From a virus, in IMG/VR virus record IMGVR_UViG_3300042387_002331: a stretch of 64,000 bases of DNA; one strand, given 5' to 3'. Shown here in pieces: positions 20,158 to 29,794 of this stretch (position 1 is its first letter; each line of letters begins with the position of its first letter). A program made the position numbers and the translations under genes. The notes below the pieces were generated by a model that had not been told where the DNA came from, did no database searches, and saw only the letters and a program-made list of their open reading frames with translations.

Positions 20158-21786
20158 ATGAGTACATTAAGAGTAAATAATATTGAACCTATTTTTGGTA
20201 ACTCTGTAACAGTAAACAGTGAATTACTAATTAAAGGCCCCGGAGGAAATATTGTAATAGGTGGAACTGGATCGTCTAATATTTCAGCTTCATACGCTTC
20301 TACAGCAGGATGCGCTAGCAACATCAACATTTCAACTATTGCTCCTGGTGACACTACAACATCAGTTGTTTTAGTAAACGAACAAGCCATAGGTTGCCAA
20401 TCACCTTTTATTGACTCTGGTTTAACTTACAATGCTGCTACAAACGTATTAAATGCAACAGTAACAAACGCTCAAACAGCTTCATATTTTGATGGAACCG
20501 TTACAAATGCTACAAACGCTATAAATGCAGAAACAGCTTCATATGTTAATCCATTAAACCAAGAAGTAATAATAAACGGAAATGTAACAGCAAGTGGAGA
20601 TATTAGACTTACTACATCTGGAAGTGCTGTTGTTCGCCCTATAATTTCTTTAGTACCTACTGGAACTGCTTCGTTTAATCCAAATTCAACAAATACTACT
20701 ACATATTCAAATTATGGAATTAACGTAATTTCAACTGTAACATCTCAATCATATTGTTTAAGATTACCTCAAACACCTACTCAAGGTAAAACAGTTACTA
20801 TTATTAACAAAGGTGGTATGGATGTACTTGTTTTCCCAAGTATGATAGGTGGAGATATTAATGGTATAATTGATGGATACTTCACAATCCCTTCAGACGG
20901 AAAATCATATTCATTTGATTGCTATGAAAACCCACTCCCAGGTGGATGGTCAGTAACTGTTAATAATGGATCTACATCTACTATTACTACTGGTGTTATT
21001 AATTATGATTGTACACCATCAGCAGGGTATATTGCTTTTGTAAATGATTCTTGTAAAGTAAGCGGAAGTAGTTTAGGAAGTGGTAATACATTTAATGGTT
21101 TATTATCTCCTCAATATAAAACATATACAAATACTGCATGGAATGGATCATCTTATATAGGAGGACAAACATTTTCAGATGCCGTTCCTTCCCAAAACAT
21201 ATGGTCATCTATTAATAGTATTCAAATTTTAACTAATATCTCTTATTCTAGTTGCCAAGCTAATATAGCTCTTCTTCAAGGGAGTAATATTGAATATTAT
21301 TATGCTGGTACAACAAACCAAGCCAATGCATATTTAGGATACTACAACCTAAGTTCAGGAGTATCAGCATCATTAGCTTCTTTTATAACAAATGTAGTTA
21401 ACCCTTGGTTTGTTAGCCATCCTGGAACTGGAAATAATAGTTTTGGGATGTACTCAGCTGTAAATTATTTACCTTCAACAACATCAGAAGCCCCAGGAAC
21501 ATTTACCCCTTCCCAACAAAACCAATATGCTTCAGATAATGTAGGCGACCCAGGAACATTAATATTAACAGTTCCAAATTTACCAACATTTGCTTGGGGA
21601 CCAAGCTTTAAAATGATAGGAAGAAATTACATAGGAACTTATTATCATCCATTTGAAGGACCTTTAGATGCTTATTACAATTTTGCTTTTGGTCCTGTTC
21701 TTGGATTAAGCATATTTGATAATTTATTTAACTCTGTAGCTGTTCCTAATGCTAAATTTCAAGCATTTTATAACGTATCACTTTAA
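20158..21786 (+). CDS. Putative fibre/receptor-binding protein
   Basis: N-terminus MSTLRVNNIEP resembles the two preceding genes; TASY repeats; S/T/N/G-rich. Confidence 0.6.
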   Translation: MSTLRVNNIEPIFGNSVTVNSELLIKGPGGNIVIGGTGSSNISASYASTAGCASNINISTIAPGDTTTSVVLVNEQAIGCQSPFIDSGLTYNAATNVLNATVTNAQTASYFDGTVTNATNAINAETASYVNPLNQEVIINGNVTASGDIRLTTSGSAVVRPIISLVPTGTASFNPNSTNTTTYSNYGINVISTVTSQSYCLRLPQTPTQGKTVTIINKGGMDVLVFPSMIGGDINGIIDGYFTIPSDGKSYSFDCYENPLPGGWSVTVNNGSTSTITTGVINYDCTPSAGYIAFVNDSCKVSGSSLGSGNTFNGLLSPQYKTYTNTAWNGSSYIGGQTFSDAVPSQNIWSSINSIQILTNISYSSCQANIALLQGSNIEYYYAGTTNQANAYLGYYNLSSGVSASLASFITNVVNPWFVSHPGTGNNSFGMYSAVNYLPSTTSEAPGTFTPSQQNQYASDNVGDPGTLILTVPNLPTFAWGPSFKMIGRNYIGTYYHPFEGPLDAYYNFAFGPVLGLSIFDNLFNSVAVPNAKFQAFYNVSL

Positions 21787-21801
21787 TTAAAAATAATAAT
21801 C

Positions 21802-22158
21802 ATGCCGTTTTTACCCTTATACAGCGCACTTTTAGAACAAACTCCAACAAATATTGTTGATTTTATTGCATCTGATAATAAAATTACAGGAACATGGGAA
21901 AAAGTAGATACTGGATCTTTTTATTTTTTGTCTTCTGGTTCATTTACTGGATTTTCTGGAAGTATAACAGGAAGTATAGGAGCCTATTTATCTTATACCC
22001 CAATTGATATTAATGATACAGGAAGCATATCAATTTCTTTAATAAATGATAGTACAGCAAGTTTAAAGACAACTTTCTATCCAAATACTACTATCTTATC
22101 TGATTTAGTTATACAAGGAACATGTTCTCTTGAAATAGGAATTAATTATATAGATTAA
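21802..22158 (+). CDS. Hypothetical small virion protein
   Basis: Five [S/T]GS motifs in 118 aa. Confidence 0.5.
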   Translation: MPFLPLYSALLEQTPTNIVDFIASDNKITGTWEKVDTGSFYFLSSGSFTGFSGSITGSIGAYLSYTPIDINDTGSISISLINDSTASLKTTFYPNTTILSDLVIQGTCSLEIGINYID

Positions 22159-22179
22159 TTAAAAACATACTTTTAAAAT

Positions 22180-22206
22180 GGGCCTCTAAATGAGGCCCTT
22201 TTTTTT
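22180..22206 (+). terminator. Rho-independent terminator
   Basis: gggcctc-taaat-gaggccc followed by T8. Confidence 0.85.
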
Positions 22207-22229
22207 CATATTTATAACAAAATAGCAAC

Positions 22230-23381
22230 ATGAACATCCCTATTTGGCCCGGCTCAAGTTCATTCCAACCAGGAGATACACCGTTTGGATTTTACGACAA
22301 TGATTACCAATTCCAACAAGATGCAGATAAATTTGCAAAATTTGCTGCTCAACGTTTAGGATATCCTTTAGTAGAAGTTGAATTACAAGATATCAACTTT
22401 TATACTGCACTTGAAGATGCAGTAACAACTTATGGAAATGAATTATATGCTTACCAAGTAGCAGAAAACTTATTATCTTTTCAAGGTAATCCTCAAGTAA
22501 TAGGAACGGCAAATGATAGAGTAATTCAAGAAAATATGGCATCTGTTATTCGTTTATCTCAACAATATGGAGAAGAAGCAGGTGTTGGAGGAACAGTTGA
22601 TTACCATACCGGTTCTCTTGACTTAATAGCAGGTCAACAAAATTATAACATGAATCAATGGGCTATTGATAATGGTATTCAAGGTCGCATTGAAATAAAA
22701 CGTGTATTTTACGAAGCACCCCCAGCAATTACTCGTTACTTTGATCCATACGCTGGAACAGGTACTGGTATGATGCAAATGCTTGATAGTTTTGGATGGG
22801 GTTCATATTCACCAGCAATTAACTTTATGTTAATGCCTATTAACTATGACTTACAGAAAATACAAGCAATAGAACTTAACGACCAAATTAGAAAATCTCA
22901 ATTTACATTTGAGTTGGTAAACAATAACTTACGTATTTTTCCTATTCCATTAGGAGGAGGTAGACAAAAACTACGATTTGAATATATTCTAGAATCAGAT
23001 AGAAATATGCTATATGCTCCTAGTACTGGACAGGATATGATAACTAATCCATCAAATGTACCATATGAAAATCCAATTTACCGACAAATAAATTCAATAG
23101 GACGTTCTTGGATATTTGAATACGCATTAGCACTTTCAAAAGAAATGCTAGGATATGTTAGAGGAAAATACTCTACAGTCCCTATCCCAGGATCTGAAAT
23201 AACATTAAACCAAGGGGACTTAATTTCAGCTGCAACTAATGAAAGAACAGCATTAATTGAACGTTTAAGAGCATATTTTGATACTACTTCACGCAAAACT
23301 TTATTAGCAAATAAAGCAGAAGAAGCAGCTAGCCAAAAAAATATATTAAACGATGTTCCAATGACAATTTTTATAGGATAA
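22230..23381 (+). CDS. Neck/head-completion protein (T4 gp13-like)
   Basis: RLGYPLVEVEL, WIFEYALALSKEMLGYVRGKY and ITLN motifs. Confidence 0.75.
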   Translation: MNIPIWPGSSSFQPGDTPFGFYDNDYQFQQDADKFAKFAAQRLGYPLVEVELQDINFYTALEDAVTTYGNELYAYQVAENLLSFQGNPQVIGTANDRVIQENMASVIRLSQQYGEEAGVGGTVDYHTGSLDLIAGQQNYNMNQWAIDNGIQGRIEIKRVFYEAPPAITRYFDPYAGTGTGMMQMLDSFGWGSYSPAINFMLMPINYDLQKIQAIELNDQIRKSQFTFELVNNNLRIFPIPLGGGRQKLRFEYILESDRNMLYAPSTGQDMITNPSNVPYENPIYRQINSIGRSWIFEYALALSKEMLGYVRGKYSTVPIPGSEITLNQGDLISAATNERTALIERLRAYFDTTSRKTLLANKAEEAASQKNILNDVPMTIFIG

Positions 23382-23382
23382 T

Positions 23383-23955
23383 ATGGCATTATTCGGTACA
23401 CAACGTGATGTTTCTTTATTTAGACACCTTAATCGTGAGTTGTTATGGGATATTATTACACAACAATGTGTATTTTATCAATTAAAAATCGCTGAAACCA
23501 AAGTTAACATCTATGGTGAAGCATCAGGCGCTAGATACTATGAAGAACCTGTGCTTTTAAACGTATTAATTGATAGAGGTGATTTCTCTAACCCAGTTAG
23601 TGAATTTGGTGTAACTACTGATAGACCAATGACATTTAAATTTCTACGTGACGATTTACGTGGCAAAAATCCTGTTAATTCTGGTGGAGGCCCTGATATA
23701 GGTAACTATAATGGTACACCTTATGGAGCTGATATTCTTCCTGAAGTAGGAGATATTATAATGTGGAATGATTCGTATTGGGAAATTGATAATGTAAATG
23801 ACAATCAATTATTTGTTGGAAAAGACCCAGCATACCCATACAATGAAAATCCATTAAACCCAGGATTAGATAATTTTGGAACAAATTTATCTGTTATTTG
23901 CACAGCACATTATGTACCTGCAGATAAAGTACAAATTACTAGAGAAAGAATTTAA
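23383..23955 (+). CDS. Neck protein (T4 gp14-like)
   Basis: NIYGEA, FG and PEVGDII motifs; follows the gp13-like gene. Confidence 0.65.
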   Translation: MALFGTQRDVSLFRHLNRELLWDIITQQCVFYQLKIAETKVNIYGEASGARYYEEPVLLNVLIDRGDFSNPVSEFGVTTDRPMTFKFLRDDLRGKNPVNSGGGPDIGNYNGTPYGADILPEVGDIIMWNDSYWEIDNVNDNQLFVGKDPAYPYNENPLNPGLDNFGTNLSVICTAHYVPADKVQITRERI

Positions 23956-23987
23956 TTTTTAACGATGGTTTTTAAAAACTAGTTACA

Positions 23988-24995
23988 ATGGCAGAACAAT
24001 TATCACAGGTTAGAACTCGTTTAAATGCAAGACATGCTCCAATAAAACTTCCTGTTGATTTTAGCCCTACCTTACCCATATCTGTACCCAATATTACTCC
24101 ACCCCCATCAAAAATTACTATCCCTACAGAAATGATAGATATGATGGTAAATGAAAGGGTAAATGGGATAGCAGGAGAAATGATGAATCAAGTTAATAAT
24201 TTAACTCAAAGTATAAATATATTAACTCAAACAATCCAAACTGTTACCCAATCAATAAATGATATATCAAAAAATATTATCCCTCAAAATGCTATAGATT
24301 CTTCAAAGATATATTCAAATAAAGAAATTCCAACAAAAATAGGTAATAGAACATTTTCTTTAAACCAATCACCATATGCTGGAAGTGAACATATCTATAT
24401 TAATGGTCTTTTAATCCAAGACGGAGTCTCAGTAGATTATACTATAGCAGATAATGTAATTATTTTTGATGAAAATGTACCTGTTGATACTAAAATTGTT
24501 TGTACATACTATTATTTTCTTGAAGAATCTTTACAAGGATACATCGATAGAGAAATCCCTATAGGAAATATAAATGGAGAAAACAATACATATAATTTAA
24601 GTCGTATCCCGTTAGAAGGTACAGAACATGTATATTTAAATGGACTTCTTCAGGAAAAAGGAGTAGATGCTGATTACACATTAACAGGCACTACTTTAAC
24701 TTTTGCATACTCTCCATTAGAAGACTCACTCATCCAATGTACCTATAAGTATTCTATTGCTCCACCTACTAGGGTATTATCATATAAAGAGATTCCTCAA
24801 GGAAATATCAATGGTACTAATACAACATTTGTTTTAGACTTTGCTCCTGCCGAAAATAGTGAACATGTTTATTTAAATGGTTTACTTCAAGAAAAGGATT
24901 TAGATTATGTTGTAGAAGGAAAAAATATAATCTTTAATCTTCCCGTGCGATTTGGCAATAAATTAACGTGCACATATTATTATTATTTAGCATAA
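23988..24995 (+). CDS. Protein with a short coiled coil and three tandem 'EIP..G.ING.N...VYLNGLLQ...DY' beta domains
   Basis: Three repeats of about 78 aa visible in the translation. Confidence 0.7.
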   Translation: MAEQLSQVRTRLNARHAPIKLPVDFSPTLPISVPNITPPPSKITIPTEMIDMMVNERVNGIAGEMMNQVNNLTQSINILTQTIQTVTQSINDISKNIIPQNAIDSSKIYSNKEIPTKIGNRTFSLNQSPYAGSEHIYINGLLIQDGVSVDYTIADNVIIFDENVPVDTKIVCTYYYFLEESLQGYIDREIPIGNINGENNTYNLSRIPLEGTEHVYLNGLLQEKGVDADYTLTGTTLTFAYSPLEDSLIQCTYKYSIAPPTRVLSYKEIPQGNINGTNTTFVLDFAPAENSEHVYLNGLLQEKDLDYVVEGKNIIFNLPVRFGNKLTCTYYYYLA

Positions 24996-25077
24996 TAAAA
25001 TTACTGTTTTCTTTTTTTACTTTACCATGTATTTGAAAAAAATTCTTGATATGTATAATAAGAAAACTTATATTTAG

Positions 25078-25311
25078 ATGAATCCTGAAAATTTATACTC
25101 AACTTCAGATTTATATTTAACAGCATACCTTAAGATCAAGGGGCATAAATTTAAAGTAGAAAAGACTGCTAAAAAGTCTACCTTTATTTTTCCTTCTAGC
25201 CCCGAACTATTATCCGATGTAGATGCATATTTAACGGAAATAGGGTCATGTGAGCCTTTAGCTTACACAAACGCTATTAAGAACCTAAAAAACCTTTTAT
25301 TTAACAAGTAA
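25078..25311 (+). CDS. Small hypothetical protein (DUF5659-like)
   Basis: YSTSDLYLTAYLKIKG...FIF...YTNAIKNLKNLL pattern; late promoter at 25049. Confidence 0.55.
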   Translation: MNPENLYSTSDLYLTAYLKIKGHKFKVEKTAKKSTFIFPSSPELLSDVDAYLTEIGSCEPLAYTNAIKNLKNLLFNK

Positions 25312-25410
25312 TTTTAACTTTTTAATGAAAGTTAAATACTCTTAAGGGTAACATTCTGGTTCATTCCTGCATTTTTTAATTTTTAATTTTTTAATTTAAT
25401 TTAAACCATT

Positions 25411-27936
25411 ATGGCAACTACTAAAATTGTATTAGACTTACAATCCGACTTAGTATTAACCAGCCCAGCGATCTCTACCCCTACAGGAATTGTAGCAGGT
25501 GACATCGCTTACGGTTCATCTAACGTTGACTCTGAGTTAGTTAACTTAGACGGTAATATTTCGTCTGAAGCGTCTTCCAGAGTAGCTGGAGACAATTCAA
25601 TTGCTGCTGATTTAGCTGCTGAAACTACTGCTCGTATTGCAGATGTTGATGCTGAGGAATCACGCGCAATGGCTGCTGAAGGATCTTTAGCAGCAAACTT
25701 ATCAACTGAAGTTGTTGATAGAACAAACGCAGTTACTGCTGAAGCATCTTTAAGAGTAGCTGGTGATCAGTCAGTTGCATCTGATTTAGCAGCTGAAGTT
25801 ACTAACAGAACAAACGCAGTTACTGCTGAAGCATCTTCAAGAGTAGCAGGTGATTTGTCATTAGAAACTTCTTTAAACGCTGAAGAATCTCGTGCAATGT
25901 CTTCTGAAATGTCTTTAGCTAACGATTTAGCTGCTGAAACTACTGCTCGTATTGCAGACGTTGATGCTGAAGAATCTCGTGCTATGGCTGCTGAAGGTTC
26001 ATTAGCTACTGATTTAGCTGCTGAAGAATCTGCTCGTATGGCAGCTGACGCTTCATTGAACACCAAAATCGAATTCGTTATCTCGAATACTGATGCTGCT
26101 GCATTAGATTCATTAACTGAAATCGTTGGTGCATTCCAATCAGCTGATGGTGACATCAACAACGCTATTACTACATTAGCTACAAACTCATCTATCGCTG
26201 TATCAACTGAAACTTCAAGAGCAACTGCTGCTGAAGCTTCTATCGCAGCTGATTTATCTTCTGAAATCGTAAACAGAGGTTTAGATGTAGATGCTGAGGA
26301 AGCAAGAGCACAATCTGTTGAAGCTGACTTATCTGAAGAAATTTCTTTAGAAAAAGCTAACAGAGAAGCTGCTGTATCAACTGAAGTTGCAAGAGCAACT
26401 GCTGCTGAATCTTCAATCGCTGCTAACTTGTCAACTGAAATCGTTAACAGAACTGCTGATGTAGATGCTGAAGAATCTCGCGCTATGGCTGCTGAAGCTT
26501 CTATCTCTACTAAGTTAACAAACGAAATCGCTGACAGACAAGCTGATGTTGATGCTGAAGAATCTCGTGCAATGGCTGCTGAGGCTTCTATCGCTTCTGA
26601 TTTAGCTGCTGAAATCGTTAACAGAACTGCTGATGTAGATGCTGAAGAATCTCGTGCAATGGCTGCTGAAGCTTCTTTAGCTGCTGATTTATCTGCTCAA
26701 ATTTCTACAGAACATGCTCATCACGTAGCTGGTGATACTTCTTTAGAAAATGCATTAAATTCTGAAATTACTGCAAGACAATCTGCTGATACTGAATTAT
26801 ACAATTCTCTTAGCTCAGAAGATTCTATCGAAAAAGCAGCAAGAGAAGATGCTGATGCTTCTATCGTTGTTTATTTAGATGCTGCTGATGATGCTTTACA
26901 AGAAGCTATTGATGCTGAAGCTGCTGCAAGATCAAATGCTGATGCTTCTATCAATACAGCAATGACTGCTGAGGCTTCTTCAAGAGTAGCTGGTGATGCT
27001 TCTGTTGCTGCTGCTGCTTCTACAGCTCTTGCAACTGCTGAAACTTCTATCAACACAGCAATGACTGCTGAAGCTTCTTCAAGAGTAGCTGGTGATGTTT
27101 CTTTAGCTGCTGCTATCGATCTTGAAAAAGGTCGTATCGATGCAATCCTTGACGGATCTGATGTTGATTTAGATCAATTTGCTGAAATCGTTTCTTTCGT
27201 TAATGGAATTGACTTAGAAAACGACAACGCATTATTGTCTGCTGTAACTTCTATTGGAACTGCTATCGGTAATGAAGAGTCTTCAAGAGTATCTGGTGAT
27301 GCTTCATTAAATGACTCTATCGGTTCATTACAGACAGACCTCTTTACTAATGTAATGCTTCTTAACAGTGCAATTACTGCTGAAGAGTCTTCTCGTATCG
27401 CTGCTGACGGTTCATTAGAATCATTCCTTAACGGAAAAATCAACACTGAAGTTTCTTCTCGTGAGTCTGCTGATGAATCATTATTCATGAATTTGAATGA
27501 TAAAATCAACACTCAAATTTCAGCTGAAGCATCAACTAGATTGTTCGAAGATGAAAAATTACAAGAAGCAATTGATGCTGAAGGATTAAGAGCAATGTCT
27601 GCTGAAGCTTCATTAGAGGCTGCATTGTCTACTGAAGTTGCTTACTTGATTTCTAACACTGACTTAACTGCAATCGACTCATTTACTGAAGTAGCAGATA
27701 AGTTAGATCAAGTTGCTAATACTTACATGAAGAAAGTAAGCGTTAGTGGTATGGTAAACGGAACTAACAAAGTATTTACATTTGCAAGTATTTTGAATGG
27801 ATCTGATGCTGTATACTACAACGGTCTTCTTCAAGAAGCTGGTGTTGACTACACTATAGGATCATTGGGTGACTCTATTGAGTTTACTGATGCCCCTAAA
27901 GCAGGTAGCAAAGTAGTTATCTACGGAGTATATTAA
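25411..27936 (+). CDS. Long Ala/Glu/Ser coiled-coil fibre with 11/22/33-aa periodicity and a C-terminal NGLLQ domain
   Basis: Repeats of ADVDAEESRAMAAEAS and AEASSRVAGD; three LDSLTEI-like knuckles; terminal VYYNGLLQEAGVDYT domain. Confidence 0.75.
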   Translation: MATTKIVLDLQSDLVLTSPAISTPTGIVAGDIAYGSSNVDSELVNLDGNISSEASSRVAGDNSIAADLAAETTARIADVDAEESRAMAAEGSLAANLSTEVVDRTNAVTAEASLRVAGDQSVASDLAAEVTNRTNAVTAEASSRVAGDLSLETSLNAEESRAMSSEMSLANDLAAETTARIADVDAEESRAMAAEGSLATDLAAEESARMAADASLNTKIEFVISNTDAAALDSLTEIVGAFQSADGDINNAITTLATNSSIAVSTETSRATAAEASIAADLSSEIVNRGLDVDAEEARAQSVEADLSEEISLEKANREAAVSTEVARATAAESSIAANLSTEIVNRTADVDAEESRAMAAEASISTKLTNEIADRQADVDAEESRAMAAEASIASDLAAEIVNRTADVDAEESRAMAAEASLAADLSAQISTEHAHHVAGDTSLENALNSEITARQSADTELYNSLSSEDSIEKAAREDADASIVVYLDAADDALQEAIDAEAAARSNADASINTAMTAEASSRVAGDASVAAAASTALATAETSINTAMTAEASSRVAGDVSLAAAIDLEKGRIDAILDGSDVDLDQFAEIVSFVNGIDLENDNALLSAVTSIGTAIGNEESSRVSGDASLNDSIGSLQTDLFTNVMLLNSAITAEESSRIAADGSLESFLNGKINTEVSSRESADESLFMNLNDKINTQISAEASTRLFEDEKLQEAIDAEGLRAMSAEASLEAALSTEVAYLISNTDLTAIDSFTEVADKLDQVANTYMKKVSVSGMVNGTNKVFTFASILNGSDAVYYNGLLQEAGVDYTIGSLGDSIEFTDAPKAGSKVVIYGVY

Positions 27937-27958
27937 TTATACCCATTGGGATAAAAGG

Positions 27959-27983
27959 AGGGGTGCGAAAGCACCCCTTTTTT
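27959..27983. terminator. Bidirectional Rho-independent terminator between convergent genes
   Basis: aggggtgc-gaaa-gcacccct with Ts downstream and As upstream. Confidence 0.85.
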
Positions 27984-27999
27984 ATTTTAAGATAAAATA

Positions 28000-29199
28000 T
28001 TAAATGTTATCGTATAGGTTTGTATCTGGATTATATATTAAATCTTTATTTCCCCCATTAAACAAATTATATATTAATTTGTCATAGGTTTCAATTAGAT
28101 TTTCGTTATCGGCATGGTACCTTTGTAAAACTAAATCATTTCTTTCATGATATTCTTGTAAATTATTATCATGTTCTGTTAAAATATAATCTAGCATTTT
28201 TGCTCCTTGTTTTGTATCTCCATTTTCATAATAATACCCTAAATCCTTACACAAAGAAGCATTATGCAAAACAGGATACCCTAAAAATGCAGCATCTAAA
28301 TACAAATAATTCAGTGGATTTAAAACTTGATGGGATATTACAACATCAAAATATTGAGTTAAAATAAAAGCTGTTTGATACCTTGATTCAGCCGACATTT
28401 TTTTATCTTTAAATATGTCGAACGTTCGAACTATAGACATAAATTCATGGTTTGCTTTTACTTTTTCACCATTAGTAATCATTAACTTGTCTATTTTTTC
28501 CTTTCCAATTTTTCCTCTATAACATTCTTCTGCAATCATAGCAGGTATAAGTCCATATTTTACAATGTTGATATTAGGTTCCATTACACCAATAACCTTT
28601 TTTTCTTTATTTGGGTTGTATTTGTAACCTTTTTTATATCTTCCATCGGCAAATCCTTTTTCAATGTCTTTTACACTTTCTAATAAGAATTTATGGTGCC
28701 AAATAAATGGAACTATAAAAGCATTTGTTCTATAAAGAGTTGAAAAGAAACCACTGTTTGTTTCATGTTGTTGAGGAATATACCATAACTCATCAAATGT
28801 AGTTTCGTATTCAAAATATTTCTTTTTATTTTCTTTGAACATTACATTTTCCATATGGATCACATAATTATTCCCACATTTATAACCAATAAATCTTTTA
28901 TTTTTATCTTCTTTAAACTTTTTAATATCCTCATCGTATACCTGAGCACCCATCATTACGATAAGATCCATGTCCATGAATTTATCTTTAAAATTGTAGA
29001 TATCAATTCCATTAAGATATGAAGGTTTTTTCTCACTAAAATCAACTTCAATAGTATTTAATATACAAACTTGATAATCATTTTTAGATTGCTTTAAAAG
29101 ATGAATGAACATTAAAACATTTTGTTTCATCCCATTTGTCCATATTGACTCTGTGTTAGATTGTAATCCTAATGTGATTCCAATTTTTAAATTTTTCAT
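28000..29199 (-). CDS. DUF2827-like protein (probable GT-B glycosyltransferase)
   Basis: SIWTNGMKQN, GVMEPNINIVK and DVVISHQVLNPLNYLYLD...GYPVLHN...GYYY match my recollection of the DUF2827 pattern. Confidence 0.65.
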   Translation of the reverse strand: MKNLKIGITLGLQSNTESIWTNGMKQNVLMFIHLLKQSKNDYQVCILNTIEVDFSEKKPSYLNGIDIYNFKDKFMDMDLIVMMGAQVYDEDIKKFKEDKNKRFIGYKCGNNYVIHMENVMFKENKKKYFEYETTFDELWYIPQQHETNSGFFSTLYRTNAFIVPFIWHHKFLLESVKDIEKGFADGRYKKGYKYNPNKEKKVIGVMEPNINIVKYGLIPAMIAEECYRGKIGKEKIDKLMITNGEKVKANHEFMSIVRTFDIFKDKKMSAESRYQTAFILTQYFDVVISHQVLNPLNYLYLDAAFLGYPVLHNASLCKDLGYYYENGDTKQGAKMLDYILTEHDNNLQEYHERNDLVLQRYHADNENLIETYDKLIYNLFNGGNKDLIYNPDTNLYDNI

Positions 29200-29744
29200 A
29201 AGTTACTAGTTTGGTCTATAAATAATTGAATTAATTTTTCTTTTTCTTCTTCGTTTTTAGCGTTAATGTATAACCAAATAAAAGATGATTCTATTTTTTT
29301 TAATTCATCCCTTTTTTCGTTGATACGTATTCTTAAAACATCTTTATCTTCTAATCCCATAGAATACAAAATACCTAATTGAGAACATATATCATACAAC
29401 TCAAATAAATCATACTCTTCAGCAGCTTTAGTAGCCCTAATATAAACACCCTCATATTCTTTAGAATTGGTTTTATCTGGGTGAGTAATTTTAGCTATTT
29501 CCCTATATATTTTTTTTACCTTGTTTTTCAATTCAGGCGTAATAGGTAAATCTACTTTTTCTTTTTCTTTAGGGGAAGAAGGAGGAGTTTGTTGAGGTGA
29601 ATCCTTTCTTAATTCACTTACCTTTGTTAAAAACTCTGGTTGAACTTCAGATATTAATTCTTTTTTATATTGGTCATCTAATACAAGATAATTATATTCC
29701 TGAAATAATTTTTGAAGTTCTAATTGCTCTAGTTTTTTACTCAT
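29196..29744 (-). CDS. J-domain (DnaJ-type co-chaperone) protein
   Basis: VKKIYREIAKITHPDK (HPD motif); 4-nt overlap with the DUF2827-like gene. Confidence 0.75.
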   Translation of the reverse strand: MSKKLEQLELQKLFQEYNYLVLDDQYKKELISEVQPEFLTKVSELRKDSPQQTPPSSPKEKEKVDLPITPELKNKVKKIYREIAKITHPDKTNSKEYEGVYIRATKAAEEYDLFELYDICSQLGILYSMGLEDKDVLRIRINEKRDELKKIESSFIWLYINAKNEEEKEKLIQLFIDQTSNL

Positions 29745-29755
29745 CAGGTATTTTT

Positions 29756-29771
29756 TTATAAATATTTATAA
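29756..29771. promoter_or_regulatory. Palindromic double late promoter TTATAAATATTTATAA serving divergent genes
   Basis: Perfect 16-bp palindrome containing ATATTTATA on both strands, between ATG 29744(-) and ATG 29795(+). Confidence 0.65.
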
Positions 29772-29794
29772 CTGAATCGTATGTATTAATTGAT

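Noticed and set aside
25371-25405. Short (tttttaa)n repeat upstream of the coiled-coil fibre
   Set aside because: Low-complexity AT leader, plausibly an unstructured initiation region. No specific function can be supported.
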